DNA of 25,191 nucleotides, taken from contig JANRLD010000111.1 in assembly GCA_033762915.1 (NCBI GenBank), positions 1 to 25,191 of the forward strand, given 5' to 3'. Below, piece after piece: positions 1-8,537 of the stretch. The position numbers were made by a program, and so were the translations under genes. This stretch comes from Meiothermus sp. (GTDB lineage: Bacteria; Deinococcota; Deinococci; Deinococcales; Thermaceae). Each line of letters opens with the position of its first letter. The stretch's first letter is position 1. A model generated the notes under the pieces. The model was not told where the DNA came from and made no database searches. It saw only the letters and a program-made list of their open reading frames with translations.

Positions 1-435
1 CGAGCAGGCCTCGCACTGGGTAGTTTGGCGGGTGTGCTCAAAGGAGTCTCGCACCAGCTCGCGCAGGGTGGGGAGGTCAAGGTCTGTAAGCTTCTTGACG
101 TACAAACATACCTTGCCGGTCTTGTACTTCCCCAGCTTTTCCATCAGCTCGGCGTGGCGCTCGAAGCCGCTGTTGATGTAGAGGGTCAGGTCCTGTTTGC
201 GCGGCGAGAAGCCGATCAGTGGCGAGTCGCCCTGGTGTCCGGAAGCGTACTTGTAGTGGTAGCTGCCGAAGCCGACAATGCTAGAGCCCCACATTTTGGG
301 CTCGAGGCCGGTGACTTCTCGCATCAGCTCGAGCACCGCCAGCGCGTCTTTGCGCCGCGTCTGGTCAGGGACGGCGGCCAGGAAATCTTGAACGCTCGAG
401 TCGGTCTGTTTAGTCTTCGCTTCAGCCTTAGCCAT
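1..435 (-). CDS. DUF1801 (YdhG-like) domain protein, 3' end outside the window
   Basis: Hand translation from ATG 435 (AGGAG SD upstream): MAKAEAKTKQTDSSVQDFLAAVPDQTRRKDA...PKMWGSSIVGFGSYHYKYASGHQGD...GFSPRKQDLTLY...KLGKYKTGKVCLYVKKL, typical DUF1801 motifs. No stop before the edge, so it is absent from the ORF track. Confidence 0.9.
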   Translation of the reverse strand, partial: MAKAEAKTKQTDSSVQDFLAAVPDQTRRKDALAVLELMREVTGLEPKMWGSSIVGFGSYHYKYASGHQGDSPLIGFSPRKQDLTLYINSGFERHAELMEKLGKYKTGKVCLYVKKLTDLDLPTLRELVRDSFEHTRQTTQCEACS

Positions 436-463
436 AATGCTCTCCTCGCACGCGCTTTCGAGG

Positions 464-492
464 ATTTTACGCTAAAAACATAAATCGGTCAA
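464..492 (-). promoter_or_regulatory. sigma70 promoter of the DUF1801 gene
   Basis: Minus strand TTGACC (492-487), 17-nt spacer, TAAAAT (469-464). Confidence 0.75.
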
Positions 493-507
493 CGGTTTGG
501 TTCGTCT

Positions 508-2169
508 TCAGGGCTCCACCCCGAAGACCGCTCGAGCCCCCTCCGCGCTGACATACCCGTTCTTGAGGTCTTCCAACACCCGCCCTCTCGAGCGCCTAGC
601 GGGGTCGCCATAGCCGCCGCCATTGGCGGTGTGAATTCGAATCACATCGTCTTTGTTGAGCCGCAGGGCGGTGACGGTGGCGTAGGTTTCCCTCGAGCCG
701 TCGCGCCGGATGATCTCGACGTGGTTGCTCGAGCCCTCCCGCCCCCCGGCCAGCGCCCAGGGCTTGAAGCGGCTGCGGGTGTAGGAGACCGTGAGGAAGC
801 AGCCGTCGGAGCGCACCCGGTAGTCGAGCACGATGCCCTTGCCCCCGCAGAACTCGCCCTCGCCGCCCGGCGCGTCGTTGAGCTTGAACTGATCCACATA
901 GAGCCCGTAGCGGGCCTCGGCGACTTCCACCGGGCAGCGCAGGGTCTCGCCATGAGCGCTGCTGTAGTTGGCGTTGAGGCCGTCGCGCTCGGCGGTGGCC
1001 CCCCAGCCGCCGATCTGCGGCTCCACGATGGTGAAGTAGCGCCCGGTGTCGGGGTTGACCCCGCCGATCACCGTCCCGCAGATCGAGGCGAAGTGGCCCG
1101 CGGGCAGACGATGAGGCCCCAGGTGCGGGGCCAGGCAGCGCCACAGCAGGTCGTAGAGGCGCATCGAGACCTCGAAGCCGTACCCGGCAGCGCCCGGCTC
1201 CCGGACATGGAAGACCGTGCCGGGCCGGGTGTGCAGGCGGATGGGCCGGAGGTGTCCGGCGTTGGCGCCCCGGCTGCTGTCGGTGATGGCCTTGAAGAAC
1301 ATCTGGGTCGAGACCAGCGCGGCGTCGCCGGAGATGTTGTAGGGGCCGGGGTTTTGCGGAGGGTTGTCGCGCAGGTCGACGGTGAAGGTGGTGTCGGTGA
1401 TCTCCACCGTGACCTTGTAGGTGTCGCCGTTCTCCTGCACCTCCTCGAGGCTAAAGCGGCCCTTGGGCAGGGTCTTGAGCGCAGCCAGCGCCACCCGCTC
1501 GCCGTAGTCGAAGTGGCGCTCGAGCGCCGCCTCGAAGGTCCCCACGCCGTACTTCCCGGCCAGCTCGAGAATCCGCCGTTCCCCCACCCGCAGCGCCGCG
1601 ATTCCGGCCCACATGTCGCCCAGCAGGTAGTCGGGCAGGCGGCTGTTGGTCTTCATGATCTCCAGCACCGCCCGAATGGGCCGACCCCGCTCGATCAGTT
1701 TGACTGCCGGGAGCCGCAGCCCCTCCTGGAAAATCTCGGTGGAGATGCTCGACATCGATCCCGCCACCATGCCCCCGATGTCGTTCCAGTGGGCGATGTT
1801 GGCCGTCCATGCGATCAGCCTCTTGCCCGCGAACACCGGCATCACCAGCACGATATCGCTGAGGTGGGTCACGCCGCCGTAGTAGGGGTCGTTGGTGACG
1901 AAGACATCGCCGGGGTGGATTTCGCTTCTGGGGTGCAGCCGAATGATGCCCTGCACCGCCTTGTCCAGCACCCCCACGAACCCCGGAATCCCCGCCCCCG
2001 AGGTCGCCATCCGGCCCGCCCCGTCGGTGATGCCGGTCCCCATGTCGAGCACCTCATAGATGATCGCGCTCATGGCGGTCTTGCGCATGGCCGCGAACAT
2101 TTCGTCGGAGATGGCCTGCAACGAGTTCTGGATGATCTCGAGGGTGATGGGGTCGAGGGAGGTTTTCAT
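508..2169 (-). CDS. Hydantoinase B/oxoprolinase family subunit (paralog 2)
   Basis: 553 aa; DPITLEII, NDPYYGGVTHLSD, AHWNDIGG, EIFQEG, GGGYGDP motifs. Confidence 0.93.
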   Translation of the reverse strand: MKTSLDPITLEIIQNSLQAISDEMFAAMRKTAMSAIIYEVLDMGTGITDGAGRMATSGAGIPGFVGVLDKAVQGIIRLHPRSEIHPGDVFVTNDPYYGGVTHLSDIVLVMPVFAGKRLIAWTANIAHWNDIGGMVAGSMSSISTEIFQEGLRLPAVKLIERGRPIRAVLEIMKTNSRLPDYLLGDMWAGIAALRVGERRILELAGKYGVGTFEAALERHFDYGERVALAALKTLPKGRFSLEEVQENGDTYKVTVEITDTTFTVDLRDNPPQNPGPYNISGDAALVSTQMFFKAITDSSRGANAGHLRPIRLHTRPGTVFHVREPGAAGYGFEVSMRLYDLLWRCLAPHLGPHRLPAGHFASICGTVIGGVNPDTGRYFTIVEPQIGGWGATAERDGLNANYSSAHGETLRCPVEVAEARYGLYVDQFKLNDAPGGEGEFCGGKGIVLDYRVRSDGCFLTVSYTRSRFKPWALAGGREGSSNHVEIIRRDGSRETYATVTALRLNKDDVIRIHTANGGGYGDPARRSRGRVLEDLKNGYVSAEGARAVFGVEP

Positions 2170-2330
2170 GGGATGAAGGGTGGGCTGCGCCTTTGTTTTG
2201 GCGGGCCAGGGACGCTTCGGGCCTCGGAAGCGCCCGACGCAACAGTCCCCAAGCGGCGTACTCTCGAGGTCGTCAAGGCCAATGCCGCAATATCACTGCG
2301 AGGGGGTGCATTCCCCCTTAGGGCGGGGCC

Positions 2331-4094
2331 TCAGAGCTTGACCCCGTAGACGGCTCGAGCCTGCTCCTCGCTCACGAAGCCGTTCTTGAGGTCTTGCAGC
2401 ACCTTATCCTTGGGGCGCTTCTTGGGGCTGCCGTAGCCGCCGCCGCTGGCGGTGTGGATGCGGATCACATCGTCCTTGTTGACGGTGAGGGCGGTGACCA
2501 CGGCGTAGATCTCGCGGCTGCCGTCCTTGCGGATTACCTCGGCGTAGTTCGCGGAGCCCTCCCGGCCCCCCCGAAGCGACCAGGGCTTGTGCTTGTTGCG
2601 GGTGTAGGCGCAGGTGAAGAAGCAGCCGTCGGAGCGCACCCGGTAGTCCAGGATGATGCCCTTGCCGCCGCGGAACTCGCCTTCGCCGCCCGGCGCATCG
2701 TTGAGGCGGAGCTGGTCGACGTAAAGGCCGTAGCGGGTCTCGGCTACCTCCACGGGGCAGTTGTAGGTCTCGCCGTGGAAGCCGCTAAAGATAGCGCTGT
2801 TGCCGTCACCGCCGGCGTGGGCCCCCCAGCCGCCGATCTGCGGCTCCACGATGGTGAAGAACCGCCCGGTGTCGGGGTGCGGGCCGCCGATGAAGGTGCC
2901 CAGGATCGAGGAGAAGTTGCCCGCCGGCAGCAGCCCGCCGAGGTGGGGGGCTAGGCAGCGCCAGATCAGGTCGTAGAGCCGGACCTCGACCTCGTAGTAG
3001 ACCGCGAAGGCGGCCGGGTGGCTGGCATCAAAGACCGAGCCCTTGCGGGTCAGGAGCTTGAGCGGGCGGAACGAGCCGCCGTTGGCCACGCTGTAGGGGT
3101 CGGTGATGCTCTTGAAGACCATCTGGGCCGCGATCATCGACCCGTCGGCGCAGGCGTTGTTGGGGCCGGCGTCCTGGTCGGGGTTATCGCGCAGGTCGAC
3201 GATGAACTCGTCGTCCTTGATCTCGACTGTGACCTTGTAGACCACCCCGCTGTCCTGCTCCTCCTCGAGGCTGAACCGCCCCTTGGGTAGGCTCTTGAGC
3301 GCCTTCAGCGAGACCTGCTCGCCATAGTCCATGAAGCCGCGCATGGCGGTCACGAAGGTGTCCTTGCCGTACTTGTCGGCGAGCTCGAGGAGCCTCCGGT
3401 TCCCCACCCGCACCGCTGCGATCCCCGCCCAGAGGTCGCCCTGCAGAAAGTCGGGCAGGCGGCTGTTGGTTTTGAGGATCTCGATCACCGACTTGATAGG
3501 CCTGCCGCCCTCGATGATCTTGACCGCCGGCACCCGTAAGCCCTCCTGGAAGATCTGGGTGGCCTCGTTGGAGATCGAGCCCGGCACCATCCCGCCCACG
3601 TCGTTCCAGTGGGCGATGTTGGCTGTCCAGGCGATCAGTTCATCGCCGGCGAAGACCGGCATGGCCAGCACCATGTCGTTGAGGTGGGTCACGCCGCCGT
3701 AGTAGGGGTCGTTGGTGGCGAACACGTCGCCGGGACCGATGTCGCCCGGGTTGCGCTCGATGATCTTCTGCACCGCCTTGTCCAGCACCCCCACAAAGGC
3801 CGGTATGCCTGCCCCCGATGAGGCCAGGTTGCCCTCGGCGTCGGTGATGGCGGTGCCCATGTCGAGCACCTCGTAGATGATCGCGCTCATGGCGGTCTTG
3901 CGCATGGCCGCGAACATCTCGTCGGAGATAGCCTGCAGCGAGTTCTGGATGATCTCGAGGGTGATGGGGTCGTAGGTGGTGCCGGCCGCCTTGCTGGCTG
4001 GTTTGGCCGCCCGCTTGGGTTTGGCAGCGGTCTGGCTCGAGGTCTTGGTGGCTCTGGCTTTGGTGGTGGGTTTTGGTTTGGCTCGAGTGGGCAT
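2331..4094 (-). CDS. Hydantoinase B/oxoprolinase family subunit (paralog 1) with Lys/Ala/Thr-rich N-terminal extension
   Basis: 587 aa; NDPYYGGVTHLND, AHWNDVGGMVPGS, GEFRGG, GGGYG motifs; AGGGGG SD upstream of ATG 4094. Confidence 0.93.
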   Translation of the reverse strand: MPTRAKPKPTTKARATKTSSQTAAKPKRAAKPASKAAGTTYDPITLEIIQNSLQAISDEMFAAMRKTAMSAIIYEVLDMGTAITDAEGNLASSGAGIPAFVGVLDKAVQKIIERNPGDIGPGDVFATNDPYYGGVTHLNDMVLAMPVFAGDELIAWTANIAHWNDVGGMVPGSISNEATQIFQEGLRVPAVKIIEGGRPIKSVIEILKTNSRLPDFLQGDLWAGIAAVRVGNRRLLELADKYGKDTFVTAMRGFMDYGEQVSLKALKSLPKGRFSLEEEQDSGVVYKVTVEIKDDEFIVDLRDNPDQDAGPNNACADGSMIAAQMVFKSITDPYSVANGGSFRPLKLLTRKGSVFDASHPAAFAVYYEVEVRLYDLIWRCLAPHLGGLLPAGNFSSILGTFIGGPHPDTGRFFTIVEPQIGGWGAHAGGDGNSAIFSGFHGETYNCPVEVAETRYGLYVDQLRLNDAPGGEGEFRGGKGIILDYRVRSDGCFFTCAYTRNKHKPWSLRGGREGSANYAEVIRKDGSREIYAVVTALTVNKDDVIRIHTASGGGYGSPKKRPKDKVLQDLKNGFVSEEQARAVYGVKL

Positions 4095-4120
4095 GTTCAG
4101 TCCCCCTGTGGTTTTGGTGG

Positions 4121-4177
4121 TCGGTGGTCAGCGGTGGTCAGCGATGGTCAGCGATGGTCAGCGGTGGTCAGCGGTGG
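4121..4177. repeat. 10-bp tandem repeat (GCGRTGGTCA, about 5.7 copies)
   Basis: tcggtggtca gcggtggtca gcgatggtca gcgatggtca gcggtggtca gcggtgg. Confidence 0.95.
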
Positions 4178-4356
4178 GCGGGAAGGCTTGAAAACCCAAT
4201 CCTCCAGCCCCTTGATGGTCACAGCGATTCGAGGGCCGGAGAGGTCGCGGTGAGCCGAGCATCCAAAGAGCGGCTTGCTGGTTCCGGCTCGCGAAACCTG
4301 GACATATGCTCGAGCCTCGCACCGCTCCACGACCTCTAACCTCTGCGCTCTGTGTT

Positions 4357-6435
4357 TCAACGCTTCCCCAGGCTGATGTGCAGGTTGCCGTAGTCATCGA
4401 CCTTGAGCGCGTTGCCCGGGTGGATCACCACGGTGGTGCCACTGGTCTCGACCACCGCCGGGCCCTTGAAGGCCATGCCGGGCTCGAGCAGGCTGCCATC
4501 GTAGATCTCGGCGGCGTGGACGCCCTCGAGGGCGAAGTCCACGCTGCGGGTGCCCTTCTTGGCCGCCGCCACCTTGCGCCCGGTCTTGGGCTGCTTGGCG
4601 GGCTTGAGCTTGCCGACCTCGGCGAAGGCCACCAGGTGGATGCCCACGAACTCCACCGGGGCCTCGAGGCGGTAGGTGTACTCGCGCTCGTAGCTGGCGT
4701 GGAAGTCCTCGGCGATCTGGGCCACCGTCTTGGGGCCGATCTTGCCCTCGGGGAGCTGCACCTCTACCGAGTGCTCCTGGTTCTCGTAGCGGAACTTGCC
4801 ATAGCGCACGAAGCGTACCTGCTTGGCCCCGATGCCCTCGCTCTTGAACTGGTTGAGGGCGTTGGTCTCGACCTCCTTGACCAGCTCGGCGATCCGCCCA
4901 GCGCTCTCGGGGCGCAGCCCGATCAGGCGGGTCACGAAGAAGTCGCGCCGCAGGTCGCTCATCAGCATCCCCCAGGCCGAGAACACATCCGCCGCCTTAG
5001 GGATTACCACCTTGCGGATGCCCAGCTCCTGGGCCAGCGCCACCGCGTGCATCCCGCCCCCGCCCCCGAAGGCCACCAGGGTGAAGTCGCGGGGGTCGTG
5101 GCCCCGGTTGAGCGAGACCAGCTTGAGGGCGTTGATCATGTTGTGGTTGGCGATGCGGACGATGCCCCGGGCGGCCTCTGCCCTCGAGACCTTCAGCTTT
5201 TTGGCCACCGCGTCCAGCGCCTTGTCGACCGCCTTCATGTCGGCCCGCACCTCGCCGCCCACGAAGTAGTCCTTATTGATGCGGCCCAGGGCCAGGTTGG
5301 CGTCGGTGGTGGTGGCCTGTGTGCCGCCGCGTCCGTAGGCGGCCGGGCCGGGCACCGCACCCGCTGACTGCGGCCCCACGTGCAGCTTGCCGAAGTCATC
5401 GACCCAGGCGATGCTGCCGCCGCCGTTGCCGATCTCCACCAGGTCCACCACCGGCACTTGGATGGGGTAGCCGGCCGACTTCTGGCTGCGCTCGATCCAG
5501 TAGTCGGAGATGATCTTGATCTGCCCGCCCTCGATCAGCGAGCACTTGGCGGTGGTTCCGCCGATGTCCAGGGCCAGCACGTTGGGCTCGCCGATCAGGC
5601 GGCCCAGCTCGGCCGCGCCCCAGAAGCCCGAGGCCGGGCCGGACTCGACCATGGTGATGGGGATCTGCTTGGTCTGGCCCACCGAATCGACCCCGCAGTT
5701 GGACTGCATGATGTACATCTGACCGGCGAAGCCCTCCTGCCTGGCGCCCTCGTAAAGCCGGGTCAGGTAGCGCTCGGCGGTGGGCTGGACGTAGGCCGAG
5801 AGCACCGCGGTGTTGGTGCGCTCGTACTCGCGCCACTCCCGGGTGATCTGGTGCGAGGCCACCGCCGAGACCCCCGGCCACAGCTCGCGCACCCGCCCCA
5901 GCACGGCCTGTTCGTGGGCCGGGTTGGCGTAGGAGTGCAGCAGGCAGATCGCCACGGCCTGCACGCCTTCCCGCCGGAAGTCCTCGAGTATGGCCCCCAG
6001 CCCGCCCAGGTCCAGCGGCTGGCGCTCCTCGCCCTGCGGGCTCATCCGGCCGGGCACCTCGCGGCGCAGGTAGCGCGGCACGAAGGGAACCGGCTTCTGG
6101 TAAAAGAGGTTGAAGAAGTCGGGGCGGTTGCCGCGGGCGATCTCGAGGGAGTCGCGGAAGCCCTCGGTGGTGATGAGGGCGGTCTTGACCCCCTTGCGCT
6201 CGGTCAGGGCGTTGATCACCACGGTGGTGCCGTGGGCCATGAAGGCGATGTCCTTGGGCGAGAGGCCGCCCTTCTTGATGACCTGCATCACCCCCTGCTC
6301 GAAGTTGGGCGGGGTGGTGTCGGACTTGGCGGTGACGATGGTCTGCTGCCCGGTTTTGGGGTCGGTGTGGAGGTACACCAGGTCGGTGAAGGTGCCCCCC
6401 ACATCGGTCGCGGCTCGGATGGTCGGTTGCTTCAT
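4357..6435 (-). CDS. Hydantoinase A/oxoprolinase family ATP-binding subunit
   Basis: DVGGTFTD, HGTT, REYERTNT, ESGPASG, DIGGTT, GPQSAGAVPGPAAY, FGGGG motifs. Start placed at ATG 6435 after a GGAGG SD rather than at 6465. Confidence 0.93.
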   Translation of the reverse strand: MKQPTIRAATDVGGTFTDLVYLHTDPKTGQQTIVTAKSDTTPPNFEQGVMQVIKKGGLSPKDIAFMAHGTTVVINALTERKGVKTALITTEGFRDSLEIARGNRPDFFNLFYQKPVPFVPRYLRREVPGRMSPQGEERQPLDLGGLGAILEDFRREGVQAVAICLLHSYANPAHEQAVLGRVRELWPGVSAVASHQITREWREYERTNTAVLSAYVQPTAERYLTRLYEGARQEGFAGQMYIMQSNCGVDSVGQTKQIPITMVESGPASGFWGAAELGRLIGEPNVLALDIGGTTAKCSLIEGGQIKIISDYWIERSQKSAGYPIQVPVVDLVEIGNGGGSIAWVDDFGKLHVGPQSAGAVPGPAAYGRGGTQATTTDANLALGRINKDYFVGGEVRADMKAVDKALDAVAKKLKVSRAEAARGIVRIANHNMINALKLVSLNRGHDPRDFTLVAFGGGGGMHAVALAQELGIRKVVIPKAADVFSAWGMLMSDLRRDFFVTRLIGLRPESAGRIAELVKEVETNALNQFKSEGIGAKQVRFVRYGKFRYENQEHSVEVQLPEGKIGPKTVAQIAEDFHASYEREYTYRLEAPVEFVGIHLVAFAEVGKLKPAKQPKTGRKVAAAKKGTRSVDFALEGVHAAEIYDGSLLEPGMAFKGPAVVETSGTTVVIHPGNALKVDDYGNLHISLGKR

Positions 6436-6461
6436 GCGTCCCTCCTCAAGGCGGTTTCCAC

Positions 6462-7211
6462 TCAAAGAACGAAAACCTGGCCGTCGTCGGGGATACTGAC
6501 GGGGCCAGGGTAGTGCTGGCGGGCTTCTTTCAGCATCTGCTGGGGGTTGGCGAAACGAGCCAGATGCACCAGGGCCAGCGCCTTAACCCCGGCTTGCTGC
6601 GCGAGTTCGGCGGCCTGCCGGGCGTTCGGGTGCATCAGGAACTGTAGACGGGCCGGCTCGAGGTCGCCGCTGGCGCACAGCGCATCGCACACCAACAGAT
6701 CGGCCCCCCCGGCGCACTCCGCCAGCGCCGCACAGGTCAGCCCGTCCGCGCTATAGGCCACCACGCTGTGCCCCGCCCGAACCCGCACCGCGACCGTGGG
6801 GACGCGGTGCGGCATGGCGAAAAATCCCACCTCATAGCCCGCAATGCGGTAGGCCTGTCCCGCCTCGATGGGGGTGTAGCCGGTCTGGGGGTTAAGGTCG
6901 TACTCGCCGTAGGTCAGGCGGATCAGGGCTTGGACGGCGGAGAGGGTGTGGGGCAGTCCGTAGTAGGTGCAGGGCACTCGAGCCAAAGCCAGTGCCATCG
7001 CGCCCGCCATGTGGTCGCCGTGCGAGTGGGTCACGATCACGTGACGCAAGTCCTCGATGGGCTGGCCCACCCGGTACAGCCGGTCGGCCAGCTCGAGGCC
7101 CCCACAGGTGTCTAGCAGCAGCGGTGGCAGCCCCTCGGCCCGCAGCAACAGGCCCAACCCGGCCCGACCAGGGCAAAGCGGGGCTCCTGTACCGAGGAGG
7201 ACCACTTCCAT
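6462..7211 (-). CDS. MBL-fold metallo-hydrolase (RNase Z/AtsA-like subgroup)
   Basis: LGTG, LLLDTCG, THSHGDH (HxHxDH), PHRVP, YSAD, LVHL motifs. Confidence 0.85.
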   Translation of the reverse strand: MEVVLLGTGAPLCPGRAGLGLLLRAEGLPPLLLDTCGGLELADRLYRVGQPIEDLRHVIVTHSHGDHMAGAMALALARVPCTYYGLPHTLSAVQALIRLTYGEYDLNPQTGYTPIEAGQAYRIAGYEVGFFAMPHRVPTVAVRVRAGHSVVAYSADGLTCAALAECAGGADLLVCDALCASGDLEPARLQFLMHPNARQAAELAQQAGVKALALVHLARFANPQQMLKEARQHYPGPVSIPDDGQVFVL

Positions 7212-7213
7212 CG

Positions 7214-8383
7214 CTATACCAGATCCAGTGCCCGTTGAACCGCGGTGGTGATCTCGATGCCGTCGGGCTTGCTATAAACGTTAATCTCGCTGCGGACGCC
7301 GAACTCGGGGAAGTACACCCCCGGCTCGATGGTGAAGCCCAGGTTGGGCAGCACCAGGCGCTCATCCCAGGTCTCGAAGCCGTCGAAGTGGGCAACCTCG
7401 CCGTGGGTGTTGACGGTGCCCAGGCTGTGGCCGGTGCGGTGCTTGAGGTTGGCCTCGTAGCCCGCGTCGATCAGCACCTTCCGCACCGCCAGGTCGACCT
7501 CGTAGCCCTTAATCGGTTGGCCGGACGACAGACGGCTTTGCAGCAGCTCTACCCCGGCGTCCCTCGAGGCCACCACCGCGGTGTAGACCTTCATGAAGTG
7601 GTCGCTAGGGGTACCGTAAAAGGCCATCCAGGTGATGTCGCCGAAGGGGTTGTCGCCGGGAACCTTGCCCCACAAGTCCATCAGGATGGCGTCGCCCTTC
7701 TCGAGGGTCTTCGAGTGGGTTGCCGAGGGCACGTAGTGCGGGTCGCCGCCCCCCGGCCCGAAGCCGATGATGGGCGCGTGCTCGGTGCGCATCCCCCGGT
7801 CCTGGATGAAGTCATTCATGAACTGTTGAAGCTGGTACTCGGTGAGCGGGGTGTTGCTCGAGATGTGCTCCCGGATCTTGACCAGGGCCGCATCCTTACA
7901 CGCGGTGAGCACTTCCGAGGACCTGCGATGGTTGGAGAGTTGCTCGGGCGTCCAGGCCAGAAAGAGCTGTAACAGATCGCCCGAACTGACCACGTTCACG
8001 CCCAGCGAGCGCATCAGGTCGATGGTGCCGCCGTCCACCTTCGACACATACGGAATGTTGCCGCCCGGCGAATACTCCATCGCCACGGTCTTGGCCTCGC
8101 CGATCAGGCCGCGGATGGCCTTGGGCAACACCTCTCGCCCGTTGTACTTGTGAACCTCGTAGCCCACCCTGGGGAACGACCCGAACTCGATGTCGTGGAC
8201 CAGAACTTCGGGGTTGCCTCGAGCGGGTATCCACAAAAACCAGCGCCGCGTGAGCAGGTGGCCGCCGTGGTTGAAGACCTTAACGGCGAAGGGGTTGGTC
8301 CCCCGGAAGTCGAAGACCAGCCAGCCGTCCATACCTTGCTCGCGCAAGAACTCCTGTACCTGGGGCAGCTTCTCTCGGATCAT
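7214..8383 (-). CDS. M24 family metallopeptidase (Xaa-Pro peptidase-like)
   Basis: Metal-ligand motifs MDLW, GDITW, HRTGHSLG, TIEPGVY, VRSE. Start at ATG 8383 after GAGAGG. Confidence 0.9.
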   Translation of the reverse strand: MIREKLPQVQEFLREQGMDGWLVFDFRGTNPFAVKVFNHGGHLLTRRWFLWIPARGNPEVLVHDIEFGSFPRVGYEVHKYNGREVLPKAIRGLIGEAKTVAMEYSPGGNIPYVSKVDGGTIDLMRSLGVNVVSSGDLLQLFLAWTPEQLSNHRRSSEVLTACKDAALVKIREHISSNTPLTEYQLQQFMNDFIQDRGMRTEHAPIIGFGPGGGDPHYVPSATHSKTLEKGDAILMDLWGKVPGDNPFGDITWMAFYGTPSDHFMKVYTAVVASRDAGVELLQSRLSSGQPIKGYEVDLAVRKVLIDAGYEANLKHRTGHSLGTVNTHGEVAHFDGFETWDERLVLPNLGFTIEPGVYFPEFGVRSEINVYSKPDGIEITTAVQRALDLV

Positions 8384-8537
8384 GGTTTGTCCTCTCTGGT
8401 TGCGTACTGCGGGCGGCAAAAAGCCTTGTGCGGTTGGGCCTGGATTGGCTGCCGAGGGTCTGGCGTTCAGCCCCCTCGCCACGTTCGGACGCACGGCCGC
8501 AACTCCCTGCGTCTGGGGTCTTCGATCTGCGGCGCCT

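Noticed and set aside
25..483. 152-aa plus-strand ORF
   Set aside because: Antisense shadow of the minus-strand DUF1801 gene, which has an SD, a promoter and family motifs.
2301..2318. AGGGGG/CCCCCT hairpin after B paralog 1 as a terminator
   Set aside because: Short stem and no U-tract on the coding strand.
631..2349. Long plus-strand ORFs opposite the operon and metH (also 4306-5367, 5380-6513, 6992-7972, 18395-19756, 22333-23205)
   Set aside because: Typical stop-poor antisense frames of high-GC genes; no recognisable motifs.
4121..4177. Possible CRISPR array
   Set aside because: Contiguous 10-bp units with no spacers, and no cas genes nearby.
6462..7211. RNase Z (rnz)
   Set aside because: HEAT and HST motifs are altered, no exosite arm is evident and the context is catabolic; kept as a generic MBL hydrolase.
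7214..8383. Creatinase (creatinine/N-methylhydantoin pathway)
   Set aside because: The D-D-H-E-E metal ligands are retained, which fits a peptidase rather than metal-free creatinase.
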